A DNA stretch of 59,330 nt, taken from a virus. Taxonomy: Duplodnaviria > Caudoviricetes. The notes under the pieces are model-generated. The model was not told the origin of the DNA. It saw nothing but the letters and a program-made list of their open reading frames with translations, and ran no database searches. Shown here piece by piece: positions 18,233 through 28,851 of this stretch. How positions within the stretch are numbered: the first letter of the stretch is position 1; each line of letters starts with the position of its first letter. The translations under genes were made by a program, and so were the position numbers. The stretch covers positions 1 to 59,330 of IMG/VR virus record IMGVR_UViG_3300010400_000023. One strand, 5' to 3'.

Positions 18233-19378
18233 ATGGGGATTTTCTCCGACTTTTTCAATGGCGGGCAGGATACGTCCAGGGACGACTACGATCCGAGCCG
18301 CGGACGACGGGCCGGCAACATGTCGCCTGATGACCGGTACGGCAATGCCCGCTACGGCGGCGCTGTCACTGCTCCACAGGCATTCGGCGGTAATACCGAC
18401 GGCAGCGCGTTCAGCGGCGGCGTGCCACCGAGTAGTGGCGTTCGGTACGCCACTGGCAGTGCGGTCCCGGCGCCGCCGAGCGGTCCGTACAGTGGCGCAT
18501 CCGGGGCGTTCGGTCCACGGTTGGATGCGTCTGGGAAGCCTGTCGCGAGCTTCACCGATCAGACCGGAGAAGCGGCTCCATGGGAACTGAGCGACAACAC
18601 GCGGAAGAACCTGCTCAACCAACAGGCCGGGCTGGCGAGCAAATCCGCTGGTCAATCGCAGGCCAACTACAACCAACTCGGCCAGCAGGGCCAAGGTGCG
18701 TTGAATGGCCTCGCACGGATCGCCAGCGGCCAGGACTCGGTATCCGCCGAGCAACTGCGGCAGGGCGTGCAGCAACAGCAGGCCGGTCAGATGTCGATGG
18801 CCGCATCGAACCCGCAGAGCCCGATGGCTGCGCGCACAGCGGCGATTCAATACGGACGCGCCGGCTCCGGCCTCTCCGGCCAGCAGGCGGTTGCGGGGCT
18901 GCAGGAGCGGAATCAGGCACAGGGACAGTACGCAGGTCTACTGCAGGGACTGCGCGGTCAGGATGCGCAGGCGATCGGGACTGCACGCGGTCAGGCCATG
19001 TCGGGGTATGGCGGCAACATTCCGCCTCCGCCGCCGGGAAAGTCTGCATTCGAGACGTATGGCCCGGCGGTGATCGGCGGGATCGCAGCTGCGTCCGATC
19101 GTCGTCTCAAGAAGGACATCGAGGACGGCGATGCGGATAGCGCCAAGGTCCTCAAGGGTCTCAAGTCGTACTCGTTCAAGTACAAGGACGGCAAGCTCGG
19201 CGAGGGCAAGCGGGTCGGCATCATGGCGCAGGACCTCGAACGCGCCGGCCTCAAGCACGCAGTGATCGACACACCGCGCGGCAAGATGGTTCACGGCGCC
19301 CATCTCGCGACGAGTCTCGCCGCGATGATGCCGGGGATCGCCAAGCGGCTCGACAAGCTCGAGGGCGCTAGGAAGTAA
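18233..19378 (+). CDS. Ejection-type protein with C-terminal peptidase S74 (intramolecular chaperone)-like domain
   Basis: Gln/Gly/Ala-rich body; SDRRLKKDI...FKYK...GIMAQDLE. Confidence 0.75.
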   Translation: MGIFSDFFNGGQDTSRDDYDPSRGRRAGNMSPDDRYGNARYGGAVTAPQAFGGNTDGSAFSGGVPPSSGVRYATGSAVPAPPSGPYSGASGAFGPRLDASGKPVASFTDQTGEAAPWELSDNTRKNLLNQQAGLASKSAGQSQANYNQLGQQGQGALNGLARIASGQDSVSAEQLRQGVQQQQAGQMSMAASNPQSPMAARTAAIQYGRAGSGLSGQQAVAGLQERNQAQGQYAGLLQGLRGQDAQAIGTARGQAMSGYGGNIPPPPPGKSAFETYGPAVIGGIAAASDRRLKKDIEDGDADSAKVLKGLKSYSFKYKDGKLGEGKRVGIMAQDLERAGLKHAVIDTPRGKMVHGAHLATSLAAMMPGIAKRLDKLEGARK

Positions 19379-21852
19379 TGGCGCTCGACGATCCATATAG
19401 CGATCCGTCGCTTGGAGCGCCGCAGCCCTACAACGCGTGGGACTGGGTACCGCCGAGCTGGAACTCCGACGGCGGAGCGGACGACGAGGAGATGCGTCGG
19501 CAGCTGGCCATCGAGCCATCGCCGGACGCGCCGGTCACGGCGCCCGAGCAGGCACCGGCGCCGGAGTTCGTGCCGCCGCCGCCCGAGCCGACACCCGCAC
19601 CCGAGCCCGAGCCCGCGCAACCGGCCACGCCCCCCGAGCCGCTGCCCCAGGACGCGGCGGTAACGACGTCGACGCCCGAGCCGACTCCGGCGCCCGAGGC
19701 CGCTCCGCCGCCGCCTCCGGTTGATGTGCTCGCAACACCCGCTCCGGCGGACGTCGCTCCGATGGCGCCGCCACTGGCGGACGTCGCCCCGGCGCCGGCG
19801 CCGGCACTGGCCGCGCCGGTCGAACCCGCGCAGCCGATCGCCCCAGTGACGCCGCAGACGGCCGAGCCGCAGATCGACGCACTTAGCGGCGCCGGCAACA
19901 CGCAGCAGCCGACCCCGCCGACGCTCCTGCCAGAGCAGCACTACGCGCAGACGGCGCAGGAATATGCGGCGCATCCGCTCGACATCCCGGATCCGGCCGA
20001 GCGGCAGAAGTTCCTCAATGACCTGCGACAGCGCGATCCGGCCGCCTTCGCCGAGCTGGACTACCAAAACAAGCTCGCCAACGAGCGGGCGCTCGGGGCT
20101 CGCAGGGCCGAGATCGCGACCAAGGACCACGACCAGCAGATCAAGAACCTCGACGCGTACGTCGAAGCCGACAAGCTGACGCGCGCGAAGTCTGAGCAGG
20201 TCTGGTCAGACGCGCAGAAGATCTCCGACACCAAGATCGACCCATCGGGCGGGATCACGACGGGCGAGCGCATCGCCGGCATCTTGATGGCCGTCATCGG
20301 CGGCTACCTTCAAGGCAAGACCGGCTCTGCGCGCAACATCGGCCTCGACGCGCTCAACGACAAAATCAACCGCGGCATCGAAGCGCAGAAAGCCGAGCTC
20401 GCCAACAAGCGTGAGTCGGTCGGCATTCGCAAGGGTGCACTCGCCGAAGAGTACGCGCGACACGGCGACATGTACCGCGCGCAGGAGACTGTGCGTCTCG
20501 CGGCGCTCAAGTACGCCGACAACGAGCTGGCGACACAGCAGCAAAACTACGCTGTTGGCGGCACGACCGAATTGCGGATTGCCGGTCTGCGCGGCGATGT
20601 GCAGGGGCAGATGGCGACGACCCGTCGGGCGATGGAGCGCCAGGACTTCGACGACAACCTCAAGCGGATCAAGGTCAACCAAGAGCAGCAGCAGATCAAC
20701 GAGACAATGCGCCAACACCGCGACGAGAGTGCGCGCGGTTGGGCCGGACTCGCGAGCGCGAAGGCCGATCGCCAGGCGGCTGCAGACGCGCGGCTCGCCG
20801 ACAAGGCCACCGAGCGCGCTGACAAGGAGCAGGAGCGGCAGCGGCAATTCGCGCTGGGTGCGCCCGGTCGAATCGAGATTACGCCCGACGGCAAGCCTGT
20901 CGTTGGTCCCGACGGCAAGCCGGTCGTCAAGTACGGCGACTTCATCAACGCCGACGGCAAGCCGTGGCTGGTATCGGATCCGCAAGAGCGCGCGAAGATC
21001 GGGAATCAGATCGAGGTCACTACCGAACTGAACCAGATCTACGGACGGATCAGGGATATCCGAGACCGGTCCGGCGGCGCATCGGCAACGCTCAATTCCG
21101 ACGACTTCCAGGAGTTGGAGCAGCTCGGCAAGCGCGCGCAGGTGCTCACCAAGAAGGGCACCCAGGGAATGTCCTCGGACGAGGACATGAAAGCCCTCGA
21201 GACGGTCGCAGGCGTCAAGGACATCACCTCATTCCGCGACCAGACCAAGCGCCTCGAAGTGGCGCAGAGCCGCACGAACGCCGCGATGGACGCCGCGATG
21301 CGGACGGCTCGTTACACCGGTCCGACGGTGCTGTTTGCCGGCTCCGGTCCGACAACGAAGAACACGCCCGAGGAAGACAAACAGCAGTCTCTGTTGCAGC
21401 GCTCCGGCGTCTCGCGCGATCAGGCCATCGCGCAGGAGTTCCAGCGCCGGACTGCCGGATGGGGCAGCGCCGTCGAGGCTCCGCGTGCGCCCGACGGTTC
21501 CTACGTCGGCGGCAGTCCGCTGTCCGAATCCGCCAAGCAGGCGTACCGCGATGCCGTGGCGGCAGTGGATGCAGGGTGGAGCCCCGGCGCCGACCTCGAT
21601 CAGCGCGCGGAGATCATGCGCCTCGGTAGCGTCGCTCGGGGTACCGGACCGGAGGCGACTGCCGCGAAGGAAACGCTCGCCAAGATCGCCAGTGACGCAC
21701 ACGTCCACAAGCTGGCCGAGCTCGCGAAGCAGCAGCTCGCCCCACCGGCGGCGGAGCCGGGAACATACGGACAGTCGAGGCCGGACCAGGGGCAACCGGC
21801 GATCGATCCATTGCTGCAGTCAGAGCCCGGCGTGTCGCGGAGAGGTCCGTAG
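19378..21852 (+). CDS. Internal virion / ejection protein
   Basis: Pro-rich N-terminus, long helical body, hydrophobic GILMAVIGG segment, position. Confidence 0.65.
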   Translation: MALDDPYSDPSLGAPQPYNAWDWVPPSWNSDGGADDEEMRRQLAIEPSPDAPVTAPEQAPAPEFVPPPPEPTPAPEPEPAQPATPPEPLPQDAAVTTSTPEPTPAPEAAPPPPPVDVLATPAPADVAPMAPPLADVAPAPAPALAAPVEPAQPIAPVTPQTAEPQIDALSGAGNTQQPTPPTLLPEQHYAQTAQEYAAHPLDIPDPAERQKFLNDLRQRDPAAFAELDYQNKLANERALGARRAEIATKDHDQQIKNLDAYVEADKLTRAKSEQVWSDAQKISDTKIDPSGGITTGERIAGILMAVIGGYLQGKTGSARNIGLDALNDKINRGIEAQKAELANKRESVGIRKGALAEEYARHGDMYRAQETVRLAALKYADNELATQQQNYAVGGTTELRIAGLRGDVQGQMATTRRAMERQDFDDNLKRIKVNQEQQQINETMRQHRDESARGWAGLASAKADRQAAADARLADKATERADKEQERQRQFALGAPGRIEITPDGKPVVGPDGKPVVKYGDFINADGKPWLVSDPQERAKIGNQIEVTTELNQIYGRIRDIRDRSGGASATLNSDDFQELEQLGKRAQVLTKKGTQGMSSDEDMKALETVAGVKDITSFRDQTKRLEVAQSRTNAAMDAAMRTARYTGPTVLFAGSGPTTKNTPEEDKQQSLLQRSGVSRDQAIAQEFQRRTAGWGSAVEAPRAPDGSYVGGSPLSESAKQAYRDAVAAVDAGWSPGADLDQRAEIMRLGSVARGTGPEATAAKETLAKIASDAHVHKLAELAKQQLAPPAAEPGTYGQSRPDQGQPAIDPLLQSEPGVSRRGP

Positions 21853-24800
21853 ATGCCGGGTACCGTCCGCCTCCTCGATCCCGATGGAGCGATTCGCGAT
21901 GTCCCATCGGAGAGCGCCGCGGGGTTACTCGGTCCGGGATCGGGCTGGAGACTGCCCACGCACGTCGACGAGCTCAGCCGTCTGTCCGAGCAGGCCACCG
22001 AGGCTGACTACGGTGGCGTGGCGAGTACCGTCGGCGCCGCAGCCGAAGGCTTCGCTCGCGGCGCCACGCTGGGCGGCTACGACCTCGGGGCGCGGCTCCT
22101 TGGCGACGAGGATACGGTCTACGACATCGATCAGCGCGCGAAGGCGCACCCCGTCGCGGCGATCGGCGGCGAGATCGCTGGCACGCTCGCACCGGCGCTG
22201 CTCACGGCGGGTGCATCGCTGCCGGCTTCGCTCGCCACACGAGCCGGCGCAAGGATCGGCGAACGTGTCGCGGAGCGTGTCGGCGAAGGGCTGATCTCCA
22301 AGGGCGTTGGCGCCGCAGCCGAAGGTGCGCTGTACGGCGCCGGCTCTGCGGTCAGCGAACTGTCGCTGTCGCCCGACCCGCTGACCTGGGAGCACGCGAC
22401 GTCGGCGCTGTCAAGCAACATGCTCTACGGCGGGGCGATCGGCGGCGCCACGGGCGCGGCGTTCCATGCGGCCGAGCGCGGACTCCTGAAGGCCAAGGGG
22501 GCGATCGACACACGGCTCGCTCGACCGTCGTTCGAGGCACCGGTCGTGTCTCCGGAGATAGCGGCACTCGACGATGCCGGCGCCCGTGCAGCGTATGACG
22601 CCGAGCACGCGTCGCTGTCCGAGGCCCGGCATGCTGAGCGGCAACAGTTCGTTGACGACCTGGCAACGCAACGAGCGGAGGTCGGAACGCCTGAGCCAGT
22701 CACACCAGTACCTCCACCGGCCGCAGAAACGCAACCGTTCTCTGTCTCGCGAGTCGGCCGTCCCAGCGAGGGACGCTACGAAGCGACGTTTGCGGACGGA
22801 ACAAAAGCGCCGATCGGCAAGGGTAAGCTTGACGACTTCCTAGATCGGAACCTCCCCGACGGCTGGCGTGCTGGCGAGGCGTTCGATGCGCGTGGCGCAA
22901 ACGTCGTGCACGGTCTGCCGGCGAGCGCCAGTGACATCGCGGACAACACCGTGTATGTCGTTCGGCCGAGCGAGCTCGCTGAGCGTGACGTCTGGGGAGC
23001 GGAGCTGAAGACGGCGAATCGAGATGCCGTGCTCAAGCGTTGGTCTGAGGGCGAGCGACTACAGCCGGTGTCCTCATATCTGAGATCTGACGGTCGACTG
23101 TATATCGAGGACGGCAACCACCGTATTCAGGCAGCGGCGCAGTCGGATCGGCCTGTCGTGTTGCGCATCCGCAAGGGCGACGGATACGGAGCTCGTGCCG
23201 ATGATTTCAATATTTCGGGTCGCATTCGGAGCGAACTTCCGACCGTAGGCGCCCCAACGCTGCCCGATTCGGCATCCGTCTCGATCGCCCGCAAGCAGAT
23301 CGACGAGACTAATGCGCTCATCGACAAGGCGCTCGCCGATCCGGAGGGGCTAGCCAGGAACCCCGCGGCGATAATGCGGCACCTGGAACACCAGGAATCG
23401 ACCTACGACAGAATGGTCACGTCGCTGCAGGACGAAGGGCGTGACGCCACGCAGGCCGAAGCGGCGCTTGCGCAGATCCGCGCGCAGCAAGCGCGCATCC
23501 GCCAGCTGCACGAACCAGTAACATCACAGCGGCTACAGGAACTCCGTACAGCTCGGCAGATTGACCCGTCGACGCTCGATCGCACAGGCATCAAGCAAGC
23601 CGAGGAGTTCGAGCTCGCGGCGATTCATGCCGAGCAGAAGCCAGAACGCGAAGCGTTCGTTCAGCAACTCAGGGATTCGTATCAGCAGACGCAGCAAGAG
23701 AAGGTCTGGAACTTCACGAAGGGTCACAGCGACAGCACCATGCGCGGCCTGGGGGCCGAAGCGCTGGACGCTGATAAGACGATCCGTCGAGCGCTCCGCA
23801 ATGAGACCGGTCTCGCTCGTGAGCCGCAGCGCGTGCTCGACGCGCTGGAGCGTCAGGCCCAAGCGCTCGAGAAAATCAATTCGCTCGGTAACGCCGAGTA
23901 CGCGCAGTTTATGCGCGACTTCAATCGCGCCCCCGCGACGATTCGCGCGGAGATGAAGGCCGGGAAGATCGACGGCTACAAGATCGATCCCGAGCTCGCC
24001 GATGCCGCGCTTGTCAGCAAGGGCATCAACGAGGAGATGATCAAACGCTTCGGTGGCGTGAATCGTCCAGTGCTGCCGCCACGCCTGAAAGCATGGGAGA
24101 AGGCGCCGGCAGCACTTGAGCGAAACCGTGCACTGCAGGCGAAGATCCAGCAACTCAAGGCCGAGCCGACCTCGCCGTATCTCGAGGCGCTCCGAGCGGC
24201 GAAAGAGGAGCTGGGCACGCCCAAGGAAAAGTCACTCGGCGAGGCGATGCTTCACGCGATCCCGTTCGCGGGTCGCTTCGCTGAGGTTGCGTCGATCGGC
24301 AGCAAGGCGGTCAACGGCCTCAAGGCTGTGAGCGCCAAGGCGGCCCGCCGCGCTGGCGAAGCCGTCTCGTCGTTCCTTGACGTCTCGGGCAAGGCGACCA
24401 AGGGCGTCGCCCCGTACGCCCCGGTCGTCGCGACGAAGGTGCTATCCGCGCTGCGGTACGCTCCCGAGGCGGCCGTTGCGCGCGCCGCGCCGGAGGCTCC
24501 CAAGACGCTCGCCGGGCTGTTTGCGGCACGCACCGAAGAGATCAAGAGCCAGACCGAATACGACCAGACGGGTGCGCCGCGCATGCGGCAGTCCGCACGG
24601 CAAGCCCTCGCCGACCGGCTCCGAGCTATTGCGGCGATTGATCCGATCCTCGCCGACCGGATGGAGACGATCGCCGTGCGGCGTATCGAGTTCCTGTCGT
24701 CGATCATCCCGCGTCGCCCTGACTTCGGGACGTTGGCGCTCGGCGGCCACGACCTCTGGCATCCGAGCGACATGGAGATGCGTTCGTGGGCGCGCTCTGC

Positions 24801-25179
24801 CGCAGCGGTCGAGAATCCGCACGCGGTATTCGAGCGGGCGTCGCACGGCGCAGTGACGCCCGAGGACGCGGTCGCGATGCGCGCGGTCTACCCGGAAGAC
24901 CTCGACAACTTCGTGAACAGCGTCTCGGTCAAGATGTCGGCGCTCGATCGCCCGTTGCCGTTCAAGCGACGCCTGGCGCTGTCGATCTTGTCGGGCAAGC
25001 CGATCGATCCGGCGATGCACCCGCAGGTGCTTTCGATTCTTCAGGGGCAGTTCACCGCCGACGGCGGTGCGCCCATGACGTCGGCGCCCGTTGCCGCTCC
25101 GCAATTCGGCAGCGTCAAGAAATCAGTTCCGCAACCGACGCCGGCGGACGCACGCGCTCAAGGAGGACAGCAGATATGA
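21853..25179 (+). CDS. Large ejection (polyvalent) protein with inserted ParB/Srx-like domain
   Basis: Gly/Ala-rich N-terminal helices (ARGATLG), LYIEDGNHRIQAA, internal duplication. Confidence 0.7.
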   Translation: MPGTVRLLDPDGAIRDVPSESAAGLLGPGSGWRLPTHVDELSRLSEQATEADYGGVASTVGAAAEGFARGATLGGYDLGARLLGDEDTVYDIDQRAKAHPVAAIGGEIAGTLAPALLTAGASLPASLATRAGARIGERVAERVGEGLISKGVGAAAEGALYGAGSAVSELSLSPDPLTWEHATSALSSNMLYGGAIGGATGAAFHAAERGLLKAKGAIDTRLARPSFEAPVVSPEIAALDDAGARAAYDAEHASLSEARHAERQQFVDDLATQRAEVGTPEPVTPVPPPAAETQPFSVSRVGRPSEGRYEATFADGTKAPIGKGKLDDFLDRNLPDGWRAGEAFDARGANVVHGLPASASDIADNTVYVVRPSELAERDVWGAELKTANRDAVLKRWSEGERLQPVSSYLRSDGRLYIEDGNHRIQAAAQSDRPVVLRIRKGDGYGARADDFNISGRIRSELPTVGAPTLPDSASVSIARKQIDETNALIDKALADPEGLARNPAAIMRHLEHQESTYDRMVTSLQDEGRDATQAEAALAQIRAQQARIRQLHEPVTSQRLQELRTARQIDPSTLDRTGIKQAEEFELAAIHAEQKPEREAFVQQLRDSYQQTQQEKVWNFTKGHSDSTMRGLGAEALDADKTIRRALRNETGLAREPQRVLDALERQAQALEKINSLGNAEYAQFMRDFNRAPATIRAEMKAGKIDGYKIDPELADAALVSKGINEEMIKRFGGVNRPVLPPRLKAWEKAPAALERNRALQAKIQQLKAEPTSPYLEALRAAKEELGTPKEKSLGEAMLHAIPFAGRFAEVASIGSKAVNGLKAVSAKAARRAGEAVSSFLDVSGKATKGVAPYAPVVATKVLSALRYAPEAAVARAAPEAPKTLAGLFAARTEEIKSQTEYDQTGAPRMRQSARQALADRLRAIAAIDPILADRMETIAVRRIEFLSSIIPRRPDFGTLALGGHDLWHPSDMEMRSWARSAAAVENPHAVFERASHGAVTPEDAVAMRAVYPEDLDNFVNSVSVKMSALDRPLPFKRRLALSILSGKPIDPAMHPQVLSILQGQFTADGGAPMTSAPVAAPQFGSVKKSVPQPTPADARAQGGQQI

Positions 25180-25700
25180 AATACGCACCACCAGGAGGCG
25201 GCGATCTCGCCGCGATCAAGGCAGACGGAACCCTCGCGCCGGTCACGGTCAGCGCCGCTGCCGGTGTTGGCTGCACGCTGACCTCTGGCACTTGGTACTT
25301 TCCTGTCGGAGGCAACGACTCGCCCACTCCGGGTGAGACGCCGTACATCGGGATTCAGCTGCAATGGACAGCTGCGACCGCTGGAACGATCACCTTCGAG
25401 ACTTGCAACTATCCGCGGTATCTCGGCGGCGCCCGTAGCGGCCCTGACGACATCACCGACAACGACGGCAACGCGACGAAGACGAACTGGGTCCAACAGA
25501 ACCCGACGACGCTGTACGTGCCGACCCCGACCGGTGCCGGCAACTCGGTCGCGAACCTGACGATCACCGCAGGCGGAACCAACGCCGGAGGGACATTCGT
25601 CGACGTCGGCAACACCGGAGCCAAGCGCTGGCGGGTGAAGATGGTGCTCAGCGTCGGCGGGTTCGTCCGCGTGAACGCAAACGGTAAAGGCGGCGGGTGA
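25176..25700 (+). CDS. Virion beta-sandwich protein
   Basis: AGGAGG RBS; Gly/Thr-rich beta pattern. Confidence 0.6.
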   Translation: MKYAPPGGGDLAAIKADGTLAPVTVSAAAGVGCTLTSGTWYFPVGGNDSPTPGETPYIGIQLQWTAATAGTITFETCNYPRYLGGARSGPDDITDNDGNATKTNWVQQNPTTLYVPTPTGAGNSVANLTITAGGTNAGGTFVDVGNTGAKRWRVKMVLSVGGFVRVNANGKGGG

Positions 25701-27601
25701 TCGGCATCCGGGTCGGCATCTCGGTTGGCGTCCGCGTGGGCGTGGCCGTTGGCGTGTCCAGCGATCCGATCGGCGCCGGTGCGGCACTCGATCTCACCGG
25801 TCGGTTCATCGTCGGACACTTCGGTCAATCGAATAACCAGGGCTTCAATTCGCCGTTGACGCCGACGGGCATCAGGATGGACAGCGCCATCACGCTCGCG
25901 ACTGGCTTCGCGACTCCGTTCACCGGCTGCTACGAATTCCGCAAGTTCGGCAGCACGCCGCCTGACCCGCCCACATGGCTCACGACCGGCGGCGTCACAC
26001 AGGGACCGGTCCCACTTGCGCCGCGGGCAATCAATGCTGATGAGCAGGCCGGCAACTTCGGCATTGGGCTCAGCCTCGGGCGTTATCTCGACCACTCGTT
26101 GCCGAACAAGTGGATCGTGGCCGGGTTCGCGCTCGGTGGTTCGATGCTGGCGACCAACTGGAAGGCCCCGGGCGGCTCGTATCCGACGACGCCACCGCGA
26201 CTCGCCGACCAGTTCATCGCGTACCTGCAGGGCATCGCGACGCAGACCGGCGCCACGGTCAAGGCCATCATCATGTCGCTCGGCACCAGCGACGCAGGCA
26301 TCACCGCCAACGCCAACGCGTACCTGACGAACCTGACCAACTTCTACGGCGCGGTCGCTCCGTCGTTTCCGGGCATTCCATGGATCATCGAGCAAATCAG
26401 CTCGGCATCAGCGGGTGGCGCTGACCTGACGACCGTCCGGAACGCTCAGGCGTCATTCGTGGCCACGCAGAACGGACTCGTGCCCGGGTCGGCGTTCCTG
26501 GTCAACGCCGAGTCGCTGCCGATTCCCGGTGTCGCCGCGAACCTCACGCACTACACCGCCGACGGCTATATCGTGATGGGTCGGCGTTTCGCTGTGTCGG
26601 TACTCAGCGCGACGAGTACCGACGAGGTGCCGACGGCCGAGTTTCGCTACTTCGGCTCGGGCACATCGGTGCAGCTCACCGACATGTCGATCAACGCGAA
26701 CTCCGCGGTGAACGCGTGGTCTTGGAGCGTCGTCGGTATCGGCGTCATCTCGACGAGTCAGAACCCGGTGTGGGCGGCGCCGGGAACCGGGACGTTCAGC
26801 GTCTCGCTCACGGCGACATCGGCGAACGGCAAGAGCGACACCGTCACCCACTCAGTCATCGTCGCGACCAACGCGTGGACCGTCGACGCGACGGCCGGGA
26901 TTGCGTGTCCAGCGACGCTGGCCGAGGAGAATGCGTTCCTCGCCGCCGCCGGCTCGACGAGCGGACCGTGCTCGCACCTCTGGCTCATGCAAGCGAACTG
27001 TCAGGGGTCGCCGTTTACCGATCCGGACGTCATCGGCGGTGTGCCACTCGGCGCCAACGGGGCGTTCACGTCGCAATCTGCGAGCGCGGCGTGGACTCGT
27101 GTCGGCAATCTCTGGGCGGACGGAGTAGCAAATCGCCACCTGTCGAGTACGGCAGCCGGTCTGCCCGACTGCTCAGTAACAGCCACGTTGCTGATCGGGT
27201 ACTGGGACATGCCTGCAGCGGCGCCCGCTGCGACGCGTGGCTTCATGTCGATCGGATTGACCGGCAACGGCGATGTCCGTATCGGCGTGACGACCGGCAA
27301 ATTGCAACTCAACGCCGTGGCGAACACGCCAATGGTCTACAGCGTCTGCAACAGCGGTCGGCAGTTCTGCGCGATTCAGGACACGTTGAGCGAGGTCATC
27401 ATCTACACGGAGCAAGAGCGCTTCGTGATGCCTCGTCGTACGCCGGCGAGCGGTAAGAGCGTCGGCGTCGGCGGGTTCACCGCTAGTAGCCCGGCTGCGC
27501 GATGCGTGTACCTGAAGCTCTACCGCGACGCGGCTGCGCTCAAGACCGTCGACGAGATGCGCGCGATCTTCCGCTGCGCAGGATGGAATCCAGCATGGTG
27601 A
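25697..27601 (+). CDS. Tail fibre/spike with SGNH (sialate O-acetylesterase-like) and PKD-like domains
   Basis: GQSN block, GTSD, HYTADGY..G.RFA; VPTAEF...VQLTD.S...WSW...NP...GTFSVSLT. Confidence 0.75.
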   Translation: MIGIRVGISVGVRVGVAVGVSSDPIGAGAALDLTGRFIVGHFGQSNNQGFNSPLTPTGIRMDSAITLATGFATPFTGCYEFRKFGSTPPDPPTWLTTGGVTQGPVPLAPRAINADEQAGNFGIGLSLGRYLDHSLPNKWIVAGFALGGSMLATNWKAPGGSYPTTPPRLADQFIAYLQGIATQTGATVKAIIMSLGTSDAGITANANAYLTNLTNFYGAVAPSFPGIPWIIEQISSASAGGADLTTVRNAQASFVATQNGLVPGSAFLVNAESLPIPGVAANLTHYTADGYIVMGRRFAVSVLSATSTDEVPTAEFRYFGSGTSVQLTDMSINANSAVNAWSWSVVGIGVISTSQNPVWAAPGTGTFSVSLTATSANGKSDTVTHSVIVATNAWTVDATAGIACPATLAEENAFLAAAGSTSGPCSHLWLMQANCQGSPFTDPDVIGGVPLGANGAFTSQSASAAWTRVGNLWADGVANRHLSSTAAGLPDCSVTATLLIGYWDMPAAAPAATRGFMSIGLTGNGDVRIGVTTGKLQLNAVANTPMVYSVCNSGRQFCAIQDTLSEVIIYTEQERFVMPRRTPASGKSVGVGGFTASSPAARCVYLKLYRDAAALKTVDEMRAIFRCAGWNPAW

Positions 27602-28851
27602 GAGACGAGTTTCAGGCGGCGCTCAATACCGGCGTGCTCGATCTGCGCGGCCGGCTCGGGCCGCACTACATCGACATCCCACCGTATCCGCGACCGATCG
27701 CGACGCTCACTATGCCCGACGGCGCATCGATCATCGGCGATGGCGCGACCATCGTCTTTCGCGGCGACCCGATGGGTCACGACTGGGCGGGTATCCGCGT
27801 CGGTAACGACTGGCGCATCACCGGCGTCAACTTCGTCGTCGACGAGGCGGCCGGTACGTGGGACGAGCAATCACACGTGCTGGAGATCGTCGGTCCGGTG
27901 TCCGGCGGCGAGCTGAGTCACTGCAGCTTCGATCACCCGGTCGTGCCGGGGTCAAGCCGCGGCGACTGCGTCCGCTTCCGCGGCTACCCGGATAAGCAGA
28001 TCTGGGGCCAGCACATCCATCACGTCGCGTTCGCTCGCTCGGCGCGGTCGGGCGTTGCGGTGTATGGCGGGCTGCACGCGTCGCAGTTCCATCACCTGAC
28101 GTTTCTCGACGTTGCGGATCAAGATCTCGACTGCGAGACTGCGGTGGCTGGTGGCGTCGACTTCGAGTGGTCGCGCTGCACGCATCGACTCGGGCCGTCG
28201 GCGCAGTCGGCGATCGCCGTCTCGCTGTACCCCGGTAGCGTGCACTTCCACCACAACACGCTCATCGGTCGCGGCCTCGACCTCATGGGCGGTTCGCATG
28301 ACGTCCACGACAACAGCATCACGCAGACCATGCGCAGCGACGATCCGGTGGTCTATCTGCGCAAAGCCGGCTCGTCGAGTTTTTCCAACGAGACATGGAC
28401 GCGCGCGGTATCGGCCGGTCCCGGTGCCGTCTTCGCGGCGTCGCAGAAGCTCACCGCGCCCAGCGACGTCGTGCTCGAGGACGTCCGGCTCATCCAGCTG
28501 ACTCCGGCCACGACCATCGCTGTCTCCGGCGTCCAGGGAATCGCGATGCGTGGGCTCACCATCTCCGACTTCGGCTCTCCAGCGAAGCGAGACGCTATCC
28601 GCATCGAGGGCACGGCGCTCACGCGGACGACCCCGGTGGTCGTCTCGGACTGCGTGTTCACCGGCCTGTTTCGAGCCGCTGTCTCGGTAAGCGGCTCGTA
28701 CCTGGGCGGTGTCGGCTCCGTCGAGGTGCGCGACTGCTTGGCGCCAGGAGCGGCGGCGATGGTGCGCCAGGAGAACGTTGAGGCGACCGCGCGGAACGGC
28801 GGGATCTCGGGGCCAGTGACGACGACAGACAACACGATCGGAGACGCATGA
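27595..28851 (+). CDS. Right-handed beta-helix (pectate-lyase-like) protein, putative depolymerase
   Basis: Repeating short beta strands, GDCVRF, RSGVAV, DLDCE, HHNT/HDNS. Confidence 0.65.
   Translation: MVRDEFQAALNTGVLDLRGRLGPHYIDIPPYPRPIATLTMPDGASIIGDGATIVFRGDPMGHDWAGIRVGNDWRITGVNFVVDEAAGTWDEQSHVLEIVGPVSGGELSHCSFDHPVVPGSSRGDCVRFRGYPDKQIWGQHIHHVAFARSARSGVAVYGGLHASQFHHLTFLDVADQDLDCETAVAGGVDFEWSRCTHRLGPSAQSAIAVSLYPGSVHFHHNTLIGRGLDLMGGSHDVHDNSITQTMRSDDPVVYLRKAGSSSFSNETWTRAVSAGPGAVFAASQKLTAPSDVVLEDVRLIQLTPATTIAVSGVQGIAMRGLTISDFGSPAKRDAIRIEGTALTRTTPVVVSDCVFTGLFRAAVSVSGSYLGGVGSVEVRDCLAPGAAAMVRQENVEATARNGGISGPVTTTDNTIGDA

Noticed and set aside
19500-19930. Pro/Ala/Glu repeats as a CRISPR or repeat array
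   Set aside because: In-frame low-complexity coding sequence without constant repeat-spacer periodicity; no CRISPR array seen anywhere in the window
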